From positions 124,001 to 154,651 of the forward strand of contig JYFJ02000264.1 in NCBI GenBank assembly GCA_000934665.2: a stretch of DNA of 30,651 nt, written 5' to 3'. The stretch comes from Catajapyx aquilonaris (taxonomy: Eukaryota). Positions 11,056-21,327 of the stretch are shown here, piece by piece. A model generated the notes under the pieces. That model did no database searches and was not told the DNA's origin. It was given only the letters and a program-made list of their open reading frames with translations. Both the position numbers and the translations under genes were made by a program. Numbering within the stretch: position 1 is the stretch's first letter; every line of letters begins with the position of its first letter.

Positions 11056-12556
11056 GTAGTAGTCTCCTTGGCGATTTTACACAGTGGTGATGTGGGGGCA
11101 GGGGGTGAATGTGACTCCCAGTAGAGGATTCAACTTTGTGGCAATTGTCAGTCACTCCACATTCTTGCCTGGCTTTTTCAGGCATTGTGATCGTTCACAT
11201 TTGGAGATTGTTTTCTCAGACTGTACATGCAGCAGGTTACTCATGCTTGAGACATTTTTATTTATTTATGTGAATGTGGCACATTATGTTACAAAGAGTA
11301 TTTGGATTGACATAGAGCAGTACTAAGTTGGCTTGTCCACAGGCAGCTACCCATATCATTCTGATCAATAAAGGACATTATTAAAATTCAGCAGATGTCA
11401 GCAGGTCTCATTTTCCTAGGCTTCCAATGAAGAGGTGAAATCTGGGAATTTAGTTTACTCCCCAAAAACATAATTTGTGAAGTGTTGGGTGTATCTGGTC
11501 ATTATTGTACTCCAGATGTTGTAGAGTGCCTTAGCCATAGGCCTGATGATTCTTAGGCTTGGTGCAAACTGGGTATTCAGGAGGAACTTGTTGCCTGAGC
11601 TACACCACCGAGATGAGCACATGTGCTGGGAAGCTCCGCCTGCAAGTTGACTGGTTACTTGTATGTAAGAAATTTAGGGGGATCCTGAATGCATATGGTT
11701 GCAACATGCCTGCCCTGTAGCTGGGGAACATGATACTTGGATATCGGCTCCAAGTTGCTGCACTCCACGTCGCCTGTTTACACCCGGCCTTCAACCCAAA
11801 ACCTTTAGATGTCCTGGTGATCCAGACACCAGGCAAGATGCTCTGACAACTCTGAACACGTTATTTTTGTCAATTGCTGTTTGAAGCTTTTTGTAGGGAG
11901 CAATGTTGTGAGGTTCCTTTGGACGTAGTGGCATAGTAAACAAACATCATGTTAAATTCTGTTCAAAGCTAGAAAGGTGCAGTTTTATTTATACTTTTTC
12001 TTAAAAATTATTTTCTAAATCCAATATACTATTATGGTTGCAGCCCCCAAAGACAATAATTCATACATTTTGAAAGATGGGGACAATGCATCAGATTAGT
12101 CATGGTTCACAGCACATGTTTATATCATTGATTTTTAATTAACATTGCACCTAGTGTTGAGGAGCTGTGATTTTTCACACAGAAAGTATGTGCATCTCCT
12201 GTCTTAAATTTGTTAACTCTTTTGATACATTACAAGCAGAGGAATTATTATTAGCACTTACATATTGTGTTCTTGTGCCTTATGGTGCACCTTATGCACT
12301 ATTCAAGTTGTGGAATTAAATTCACATGACAGCAGAGTATGCAATGCTGGACAAAATGTTCCGTTGATGACAGTGTTGTGTCAGGATATCGTGCATCAAC
12401 ATAAATACTAGTGTAAATTGTTAGTGGCATAAATACACTGCATTTGCCACCAGGCTGTCACATAACCCCTTTCCCACACTTCACCACTGCTTTGTGTCTG
12501 TTTCTATCCTCTTTACCACTTTACAGTTATAATTGGTAAGCAGATTCTTTTTACAG

Positions 12557-14011
12557 GGCTGGCGGAATCCGGCGGACAGTGAGTGCGAGGAAAGTGACAG
12601 GCACAATGACGATGAAGACAACCCTAAAAATAAGCCCTACACGTGTGAGTTATGTGGACGTGCCTTTGCAAAGAAGGACAAGCTGAAGAGGCATATGGAC
12701 ACACACTCAGACTCAAAACGCCACGTGTGCACCGAGTGCGGGCAAAAGTTCACACGTGCCGAAAACCTTCACACTCATTTACTGACACACACAGAGGAAC
12801 GTCCATATGTGTGCAGTGGGTGTGGGAAAGCATTCAGGCAGAAGCAGTGTATGGATGTCCACTTCATGCGTTTCCACACCGAAATACGCCCATTTGTGTG
12901 TGAATTTTGTAACCGCGGGTTCACACTCAGGTCGCAGCTCAATCTGCATGTGATTCGTCATCACACTGGGGATAAAAAGTTCAGGTGTAAGTTGTGTCCA
13001 AGATGGTTTAATCAGATTGAGTATCTACATCGACATGTGTCAGTGCATGCAAAGCAGTACCTGTGTAAATATTGCAAGAGTGGGTTTGACCTGAAAGAAG
13101 AGCTAAAGGTGCATATGTCCACACATGACTTCCGGTATGTGTGTGACATATGCAGTCGTGGTTTCATGCGCATTCATGACTTCAAAATCCACCGAATGTT
13201 GCATACGCGTGAGAAACCGTATTCATGTAGGGTATGTGGCCGCCTGTTCCGCCATCACAACTCGATGTACCGCCATATGAAACTCCACACCACTGATCGT
13301 ATGAATGCATGTAAATACTGTCCTGCTGTGTTCTGGAAACGTACAGAGTATAACAGGCACGTTACCTTGCACACTGGCGCAAAACCATATCAGTGCACAG
13401 TGTGTGATGAATCATATACAAGCCATTCTAGGCTGAAACAACACATGCTTGTACACACAGGAGAGAAGCCACATGTGTGCCGAGTATGTGGGCACCCATT
13501 TCGAATGCGAGACCACCTCATGCGGCACATACGTACCCACACTGGCGAGAGGCCTTACAAATGTACTACATGTGGAAAGGCATTCCGGACCACATCACAC
13601 ATGCAGCGACATGTGAGCAATATGCACCCAGTGAAAAAGCATGCAATGGATACAGTGAAGGTGCATGAAATGAGCAAGACACAGGATAAACCAGTGCGTG
13701 CAACAAGTGATGATTGTGTGCATCCAACCCATGGTGTGTACCTGACAGAAATACCCCACGACCTGTACGTGGCAGAAACCCCACACAATGTGTACATCAG
13801 GGAAACCAAGCGCGAAAAGTGTTATGTAGAAACGTCCAAGGAGGATGCAAGCAGTTTAGGAACCCCTGGCACACCAGCTAATGAAACACATATTTTAGGA
13901 TCTGACTTGCATTCTGAAGAAATACAGCTTGAATCAAGTGAGACTGATGTACTTGTCACTACTGCTTTGGTAGCACAGTGTGAGACTATCCAGGTGGAGG
14001 ACTTAAAGTAG
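12557..14011 (+). CDS. ZF unit 1 terminal exon B, 12 tandem C2H2 fingers plus acidic tail
   Basis: TTCTTTTTACAG| phase-0 acceptor; 12 CxxC-x12-Hx3-4H units, many with TGEKP-like linkers; TAG at 14009-14011. Confidence 0.95.
   Translation, partial: GWRNPADSECEESDRHNDDEDNPKNKPYTCELCGRAFAKKDKLKRHMDTHSDSKRHVCTECGQKFTRAENLHTHLLTHTEERPYVCSGCGKAFRQKQCMDVHFMRFHTEIRPFVCEFCNRGFTLRSQLNLHVIRHHTGDKKFRCKLCPRWFNQIEYLHRHVSVHAKQYLCKYCKSGFDLKEELKVHMSTHDFRYVCDICSRGFMRIHDFKIHRMLHTREKPYSCRVCGRLFRHHNSMYRHMKLHTTDRMNACKYCPAVFWKRTEYNRHVTLHTGAKPYQCTVCDESYTSHSRLKQHMLVHTGEKPHVCRVCGHPFRMRDHLMRHIRTHTGERPYKCTTCGKAFRTTSHMQRHVSNMHPVKKHAMDTVKVHEMSKTQDKPVRATSDDCVHPTHGVYLTEIPHDLYVAETPHNVYIRETKREKCYVETSKEDASSLGTPGTPANETHILGSDLHSEEIQLESSETDVLVTTALVAQCETIQVEDLK
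13730..13810 (+). repeat. Coding 27-nt tandem repeat x3 (HxxYxxExP)
   Basis: HGVYLTEIP / HDLYVAETP / HNVYIRETK. Confidence 0.7.
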
Positions 14012-14897
14012 GCAGTAAGTTGAGTTGTGTGCTCTGTTTATTGTGAGTTGTAATTTAAAACCATTTAGGCTTGCCTTGCATCATCATCACTGGTAATATT
14101 ATTATGTTAAGCACCTTATGAGCTCATATGTTTGACTTTACTGTTTTAAGTATTATGTATTTAAATTTTGTACGTAATATATTGGTTTGGTCTCCCCCAC
14201 GATTTTTTTTTTTTTTTGTGCCAAGTTATTGGTCTATTTTAGTTCCAAACAAGGGTTCAGATATTCTGATGAAAATGTATGGGATTCACCCAGGATTCCC
14301 TCAGCTTTACCTGGGCTGTCATCGTAATGTACCAGATTCACCTCCTTGTCTGACCCCTTGGCTTTTAGCAGTTGATTGAGTTTCAGGGTGCAAGCAGACA
14401 TTTGAGAAAGGTGCAACACCTGATCTATGGTATATATTCCGGCTACACTAGGAATGCGGAGTCTTCTGGAAGATGTGCAGGTGATGTATCATAGTTTTAG
14501 CTATATATGCAAAATTGCAAATGAAGTCATGCATAAATCACTCTCTTCCTCTTTCAATCCAACAAGGCGTCGACTCTTAAGTGTTTCTCCTGATCTCATG
14601 AGAAGACTAAACTGGCAGAATCAGATGAAACGTACTGTAACATTTGGTTTGACTATTACATCATTGATGTGGAAATGAAGGGAGGGCCTACAGTAATATG
14701 AAACTAATTATATAATTTATTGAGAATATTAATTTAATTTAGTTCATATTTTGGGTTAGCTTGTGGGTCCCGTCATCGCTGATTACCCCTTATATAGGGA
14801 AATGCGATGATGATGATGATAGTGAAGATTGTAAGGTTAGGAAAATTATAACTCCTACTTGTCAGAGTTTGGGACCATATAATGGTATATAGACTTA

Positions 14898-15024
14898 GGG
14901 CCGGTTTCACCGAGCTCAGTATATGATAAAACCAGGTTTCTTTACTAAAATCCCTATCTATTTGTATGGGATTTTCCTAAAGAAACCTGGTTTTATCATA
15001 TACCAAGCTCGGTGAAACCGGCCC
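14898..15024. mobile_element. PIF/Harbinger (Tourist-like) MITE, near-perfect 127-bp foldback
   Basis: GGGCCGGTTTCACCGAGCT...AGCTCGGTGAAACCGGCCC with arms pairing over almost the whole length; TTA on both flanks (14895-14897, 15025-15027). Confidence 0.92.
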
Positions 15025-15059
15025 TTAGTAAGACAGATGCAAAATTAAGAAGAAATAAA

Positions 15060-15920
15060 CAAAGAATTTACTGGCCAGTGACTGGCCTTCCATGGTGCTG
15101 TGGCAGTGGGACCAAAGATGGCGTCGCCCTGTGCACCTAGATTTCCCGTAGGCATAACCCGCTCCATCTGGATGAGTGTCTTTTGTTCCGCCTCCCTCCC
15201 TCCCTCCCTTCCTCCCACTCCCCCTCTCCCTTCTTCCCCCACCGCTCCCCTCCATATCCATCCCTTCCTTCCTGCTGTTGATGAAGGAGGAAAAGAGGGA
15301 AGAAGACGCTGCTGGTGCTGCGGAGGAGGAGGAGGGTCGGATGGACGTCGACAGTCCCTGCCCTCGACCAGCAGGGACACACACGGACGAGGAGAGCAGT
15401 GGGCAGAAGCATCGTCGGTGACGGAGAGCCTTGCGTCTTCGCTCCCCACCCCTCCGCTGCTGCTGCCACGGGCCCGCCCCTCATCCAACGACGGATCTTC
15501 CTCCTCCGCCCTCACACTAATTAGCACCCTGCATTGCTGTGTGGGTAGTTGTGTGCTCTTGTGCCTTTTACCACCCCATTTCCCTCCCTCCTGGCCCATC
15601 CCTCACTCTTCTCACACACGTCCTCCCATCGTTCTGCCAACCGGATGAATGAGGACTGCCAGGCAAGGACACTCGCCCATGCACTGTCACCACCACCACC
15701 ACTTCATCCACATGCTTCTTCTCTCGACAAGGAGCACCAGCAGGGTATAACACTCACTCTCTCTCTCACTATGCATGCACTTGCACTCATCATTCCTTCC
15801 TCTTGTTGGCTGGCTGGCTGGTGTTCCACTCATCGCGGTTTTGGCACAGAGGAACCACTGGGCAGGTCGCATACTCTGCGCCTGTGTGCATTGCAGCTGT
15901 GGCAGCTGCCCATTAACGTG
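15060..15920 (+). promoter_or_regulatory. CpG-rich putative promoter/first exon of ZF unit 2
   Basis: CpG-rich by eye; YY1/Pho-like AAGATGGCG at 15115-15123; CT-rich tract; short ORF from ATG 15281 with candidate donor CG|GTGACG at 15418. Confidence 0.55.
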
Positions 15921-16368
15921 TAGTGGTTTCTCAGCTACAAATGCATGGGTTTGTGTAGGGATAAGCAGTGTTTTGTGCCACTGTGGAACAATCTTACCAT
16001 TACCTGCTTGTTCCATGATTTTCACATGTGATCTTGTCTTGTGTACATTTTAAACTGGAGGTGACACAGATTGTCACATTACAGCCAACATAGCAACACT
16101 GACTGCAATGATTAATGTGCTTGCCGTTCTTACTGGAATGGAAGCAAGTTGCACAAATTATATACCCATTTCATATTGATCATTTTCTTAACTTCATGTG
16201 TGGCGTCTTTCAAAAGTGACTGACATTACATATTGAAACTGTCATAAAGCTATATGTAAGGCCAGGCACAAATTAGGCCATACATTCATGACATGAAGGT
16301 GAAATAGCTGCAGAACTAGGATATGCACACACCCATCCATTGCCTTTGCCTGTCACCTAGTTTGCTGC

Positions 16369-16489
16369 CAGCCTTTTAGTTCAAATTGAGGAGGCAGAGG
16401 GTAGAAGTGTTGCTGTAACTTTTGGAAGCAGTGTATGCCTCCCACCACTCTTCTCGACCCTCTGCCTCCTCAATTTGAACTAAAAAGCT
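16369..16489. repeat. Inverted repeat (MITE-like hairpin), about 30-bp perfect arms
   Basis: CTTTTAGTTCAAATTGAGGAGGCAGAGGGT and ACCCTCTGCCTCCTCAATTTGAACTAAAAG around a ~55-nt loop. Confidence 0.85.
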
Positions 16490-16835
16490 GAATGAAGACA
16501 AGCAATTTTTGATCTGAGCAATGGCAACATAAATGCAAACTTTCAACACAACATTGTAGTAGCATTGCCCAGTTTGTGCCCAGCCTAAGGAATGTCACTA
16601 CTGCAATATTTACTAATGTTGTCAGTAATTTAGATAGAACATGGTGAGGCCACTGGCAAGGCAAGGAATGTGCATGCGCCAACTACTGTGGTGGGAAGGG
16701 AATGCATGAACTGGTGTGAGTCACACCATTTTCCTGCTGAGAAATACAATTTTTACTTCCAGGAGGCAAGTGAATCTTGTGAAACATCGTACCCTCATTA
16801 ACATGGGCCACGTCTAGAGGAAGCAACCACCCACC

Positions 16836-17375
16836 ATGGAGCCATACCGAGAGAAGCGCTTTCCATGCACATACTGTGAGAAGAGCTTCAAAGATGGCCA
16901 CCACCTGAAGCGCCACCACCTGACCCACACTGGAGAGAAGCCGTACTCCTGCGATGTGTGCGGGAAAGCTTTTCCTCGCAAAGACCGCCTCCAGAAACAT
17001 CAGCTTATTCATGTCAGGGAAGAACGAGCTCGTCCCTTTACTCCCCATCCTCCTCCACCAATCAATCTCACTCACCAGCTGAATACTATAGCCCTAGAGG
17101 CATTCCAGTGTGGTCAGTCACGAGAAGCTTTCCTTCCTAATGAGATCCTGGAGGTGCAACTGGAGGAAAACTCATCCAGAGAGCGCCATTTCCGATGCCA
17201 TGTGTGTGGCAAGAGTTTCAACATGAGGCACAGGCTCACCCGCCACCTGCAAACCCACACAGGTGCAAGGCCATTTGCATGTGGAGAGTGTGACAAGACT
17301 TTCACCAGAAAGGAGGGGCTTCAAAAGCACCAGCTCAAGCATTTGGGGGAAGAAGGAAAGTGTGGTGAGACCCAG
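16836..17375 (+). CDS. ZF unit 2 exon C, two pairs of C2H2 fingers
   Basis: CCACCATGG start at 16836 (acceptors at 16763 strong, 16818 weak); four fingers; phase-0 donor CAG|GTAATT. Confidence 0.9.
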
Positions 17376-17738
17376 GTAATTAATTACATGCCATTTTTAT
17401 TTTTTGCAAGTTTTAAAATTTTACTTCCATCAAGATTATCTAAGTACACATAAAGCCATAAATCATCAATTTGCATGGAAAAGGCAGATTTCAATGCAAT
17501 GTAATGTGTCTTATACATGAGAAGAGGCAAATAATAATTAGAATCACTGCAGAAGAAGGCTGCATGAAGTAAATATATAAACTTGGATAAAGATTGAGAT
17601 TGGTTTTTTGGCATGAAGGCTCCATAACCAGTTCCTGCCTGTTGCAATTTGATGTTGGCTCTAACTGACCTCCAATCCCAGACACACAAGACACCTAAGC
17701 AAAGAGAAAGTTTTGACACAAACTTCTTTCCTCACCAG

Positions 17739-18123
17739 GATGTTAAACAACCCTTGCCTGCTGTTATTCCTGCATCAGCCCCACCCCCCCACCCAACGTT
17801 ATTATCTCACCCTACTGAGACCCCTCCTCCTCTGCCTCCTCCCCCTGATCTGCTGAATGTCCCAAAGATTGAGGAGCCACTTGCCCCAAAGATTCAAGAG
17901 CCACTTGTCCCGAAGATTGAGGAGCCACCAACTTCCTCTGAATCAGGAGTAGATGAGGAAGTTGGCTTTAGATGTCGCCTGTGCCACAAGGTGTTCACCC
18001 AGAATTACAATCTGAAGCGCCACATGCTGACTCACACAGGAGAGAAGCTACTTTCGTGTGAGTTCTGTGAAAAGAGCTTCAGTCGCAAGGAGCATCTCAA
18101 TAAGCACCTGTCAACACACACAA
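17739..18123 (+). CDS. ZF unit 2 exon D, proline-rich region plus two C2H2 fingers
   Basis: CTTCTTTCCTCACCAG| phase 0; CRLC..HMLTH, CEFC..HLSTH; phase-1 donor A|GTAAGC. Confidence 0.9.
17862..17927 (+). repeat. Coding 24-nt tandem repeat x2.75
   Basis: PKIEEPLA / PKIQEPLV / PKIEEP. Confidence 0.85.
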
Positions 18124-18357
18124 GTAAGCTTGTTGCGGATAAGAATTTTTTAGGTAGGTAACTCCACAAATGCATCTTAATATTTATGTGAAGAAACCAT
18201 GGTTGTTAAGGTGCACAGTTAAGATACATTTAAAAATCGACCATATTAACCTGCATTGTGTTGTATCATTTAAAAACATTACTCTAGCGTACAATGGGTT
18301 GTAGGCTACATGCTTGTTTGACATCTTGTGCTCAAATTTATGAATGTTTACTTACAG

Positions 18358-18839
18358 GCCGGCATGGGAAACATGAAGTGCGCATGTGTGCAGACACGGC
18401 TGCCCGTGTTACACATTCAGTGGCGCATATGGCACGTGTAGCGGGCACTGAACATGAGTTTTACTGCCTGCTGTGCAGTGTGATGCTGCGGCGATTGGAG
18501 GATGCACAGAGGCATGTGTGGGCTCATGTGGAAGACAGGCAGTGTAGCTGTGGAGAGTGTGGCAAGGATGGTGGAGGACTCAGGGCTGCTGTCTTTAGAC
18601 AGCTAGAGGTCCAGTTTCAAGGAAGGGCCCTCATGGAAGTTCACATGCAGGAGGAGGAGACTGTGGCTGCAACCACTTTGCCAGAGCTGGAGGAGTTGTT
18701 CCAGAACCAACCAGCTGGGATCCAGGCACACCAAATGACCTTCCAGGAAGATGGTTACCTGATCAAAGTGGATGGGCTGACTGTCGAGGCTCAAGCACAG
18801 CCACCACAGCAGGTGATAGCAGTAGGACAGTTGGAATGA
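18358..18839 (+). CDS. ZF unit 2 terminal exon E, one intact and two degenerate fingers, Q/E-rich tail
   Basis: TTTACTTACAG| phase-1 acceptor matching exon D; CLLC..HVWAH; TGA at 18837-18839. Confidence 0.85.
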
Positions 18840-19335
18840 TAGTTGATGCAATCAGTCTTGTTCAGATACAAATTTAGAGCACCAGAACATTTTAGGAAGG
18901 AATGTGTGCCTAAAGGTGCATTCACATATCATTGATTCAATATCAAGAGCGAGAGGTGTAATTCTATTGATGGCTTTTATGTTGCTTGGTTCAGATGAAC
19001 ACTGATTTGAACAATGTGACAAGTGAGTAATCTTTCTTAGGGAACTATGGTATGTGTATATGGCAAAGGAATGTGTAGATCTACAGCGATTCACCTCTCC
19101 CGTCATTCAATCGTGTGACCAATGGAGGTGAGCAATGCTGTGAGCTAAACTCAACACAAAGGAATCACTTGCTATTAGTGACATCACTGATATGTGACTG
19201 CATTATTGGCACTTTTCTAGGACATGCCCAACTTCTTTTGTGACTGTTGGCAGTTATTTTAAAAATTGTAGTGTAGCAGGCAACGTGCCATTATTTAATT
19301 AATCATTGAAATTTTCATGCATGCATATTTTTATG

Positions 19336-19341
19336 AATAAA
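19336..19341 (+). terminator. Candidate poly(A) signal for ZF unit 2
   Basis: First AATAAA noticed after the exon E stop, followed by T-rich sequence. Confidence 0.45.
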
Positions 19342-21232
19342 AGATAGTTTCTTCAGTTTATCTCCAGATGGTGAAGTTCTTTTGTCAACCAGTTCTCATG
19401 TAGGAAAGTGATATTTTGTGTGACTTAGATGCAAACTATTTATTGCATGTACAACTAGCACGTACGTATGCCTCCTACTGCAACTCTGCCACAGAATTCT
19501 GGGTAGAAAAGTAACTTCAGAATCTAATGATTTTGAATGAATTGCAGCATGTTACTATACAGTACTGATTTTATATTAGTTTGCTGGATGGTACAGGGCC
19601 CAATTCCACTGTTTGAGAGTAATTTGCAATGGATTACCTACTTTAGTTTTAAGTCCATGGCTCCTACATGTACATTATTCTGCTCATAAAGAAGAAAAAA
19701 ATGCCTCATGTCTCCAAGTAAGATTAGTTAATTCTCATTGGTGACAACACACACTGAAAGATATGGGCTATCATGCCTTATCCACATTTCCATACAAGTA
19801 TGCATAAACTCCAAAAAGTCTTTACAATGTAATGATTAAATTTGATGCCTTTTTATCCATTTATGTGCACACAAAAAGTTCCAGGGAAAATTTCTGTAGA
19901 TGTTGCTCTCCTGATCTCCAGTGACATGACTTTTGCTGCAGTGTGTGGTGGGGTGAAATACTAATCCCCCTATAGAATACCACATCCTTCCACCTTTGAG
20001 GTTCCATGGTTGATCCCCAGATTGGGTGTAGGAGCTGCATTACATGGACAGAGGCGGCGCTTCTATTTCAATATGAATAGGAAAGGTGCCCCTTCGGCAA
20101 TGTATTACATATCTGCCCTCTGAAAGCAGTGGAGTCCCCCTCGCCCCTTCTCCTCCTCCTCCTGCCAACACCCATCCACTTCGAAAGCCAGTAGTTGGGA
20201 AATTTAGGAGTTGCAAGAAAGAAGGGCCGAGTGATAAGGCAGGAGTGATGCGCAGGTAAAGGGTTACATGCAGGAAAAATCCACATCAAACCGACTTGAT
20301 GCGCAGGTAAAGGGTAGGTCAACCGAAAGCGGTTTACTGGCTGTGCAGCTCCGTTGGTGCGAATTTTCACAGGTTACATGCCAGAGATGCGGCTCCGTAA
20401 CCTGCTGAACCGGGTCTAAGCGGCGTCATATAACGTAGCTCTAGGATTATCTCACCTGGAAAGAGTTTCAATGGGATTTTTCCATTCTCATGTTACCACC
20501 ACTCTATCAAAATCCATCACAGGATAGGCAATTAATAAAGTCAGGTGTTGATCGGAAGATCCCCTTAAACCAGTTCGCCTATCATAATTAATTATGCATT
20601 AAAATCGCATGCACTGTTGCAAGATTGACTTATTAAACTACTCCATCCTGTTCGTCCTTGATCAGATGCAATATTTCAAAATAACAATTAGTGCAAGTAC
20701 AACTACAAATTGTAATAATGATGCAGGCAACCACCATTAATGACTATTATGTTTTAATTATTATGAAGTAGTGTAAAGTTGCAATTGTACTAACATTTTG
20801 AAGAAATTCAGGTAGCTGATACACTTGTGATCCCAAAGAGTCATTTTGGCCATCATTCTGCTTTTGGTTTGGTACAGTGTTGGACATTAATCGCGTTGTA
20901 CTGCTAGTGACATTTTCGGAAGCTGCAGAAGAACGAATCTTGCTTGCACGGCTCGCACTTTCCATTGCTTCGATTCGTTCTTCTGCCGCTTCCGAAAATG
21001 TCTCTAGCAGAACGATGTGATTAATGGCCAACACTGGAGCCCTCTATAGTGGTAAGCCTTAAATTGCGTAGCAAATAGCACATTTAGGAACGTTCAGGTG
21101 GAAGGTCAGGGAACCTTCACTACATTGGCTAAAAAACCAACTCCCCAATTCCTCGCTTTCCTTCTTAAGCCATTATCAAGTCATTTAACAGTTCTTTTAC
21201 ACCTTCAAGGAGTCGAGGTTTTTTCTTTCTGT

Positions 21233-21327
21233 TGTACTAGGGAGGGATTGATAGTATGAGGCAGGGAGGTTAAATAAATGAAATTAAATGAAATGAAAAA
21301 TGAAATGAATGTACTAGGGAGGGATTG
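21233..21327 (+). mobile_element. 59-bp 5'-truncated retroposon tail with 18-bp TSD
   Basis: TGTACTAGGGAGGGATTG at 21233-21250 and 21310-21327, flanking an insert ending in degenerate (AAATG)n. Confidence 0.8.

Noticed and set aside
12652..13809. Alternate-frame and antisense ORFs over finger exons (also 16683-17075, 24402-24812)
   Set aside because: Shadow ORFs caused by zinc-finger codon periodicity.
14760..14822. RTE-like 3' tail (stem-loop plus (GAT)5)
   Set aside because: Plausible, but no TSD or body could be identified.
15025..16053. Overlapping long ORFs in the second GC-rich island
   Set aside because: Compositional artefacts with no recognisable protein.
20246..20419. 19-bp direct repeat (20246, 20297) as CRISPR-like, and a Harbinger-like end GAACCGGGTC|TAA
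   Set aside because: Only two copies, eukaryotic context and no cas genes; probably subterminal repeats of a TE whose other end was not found.
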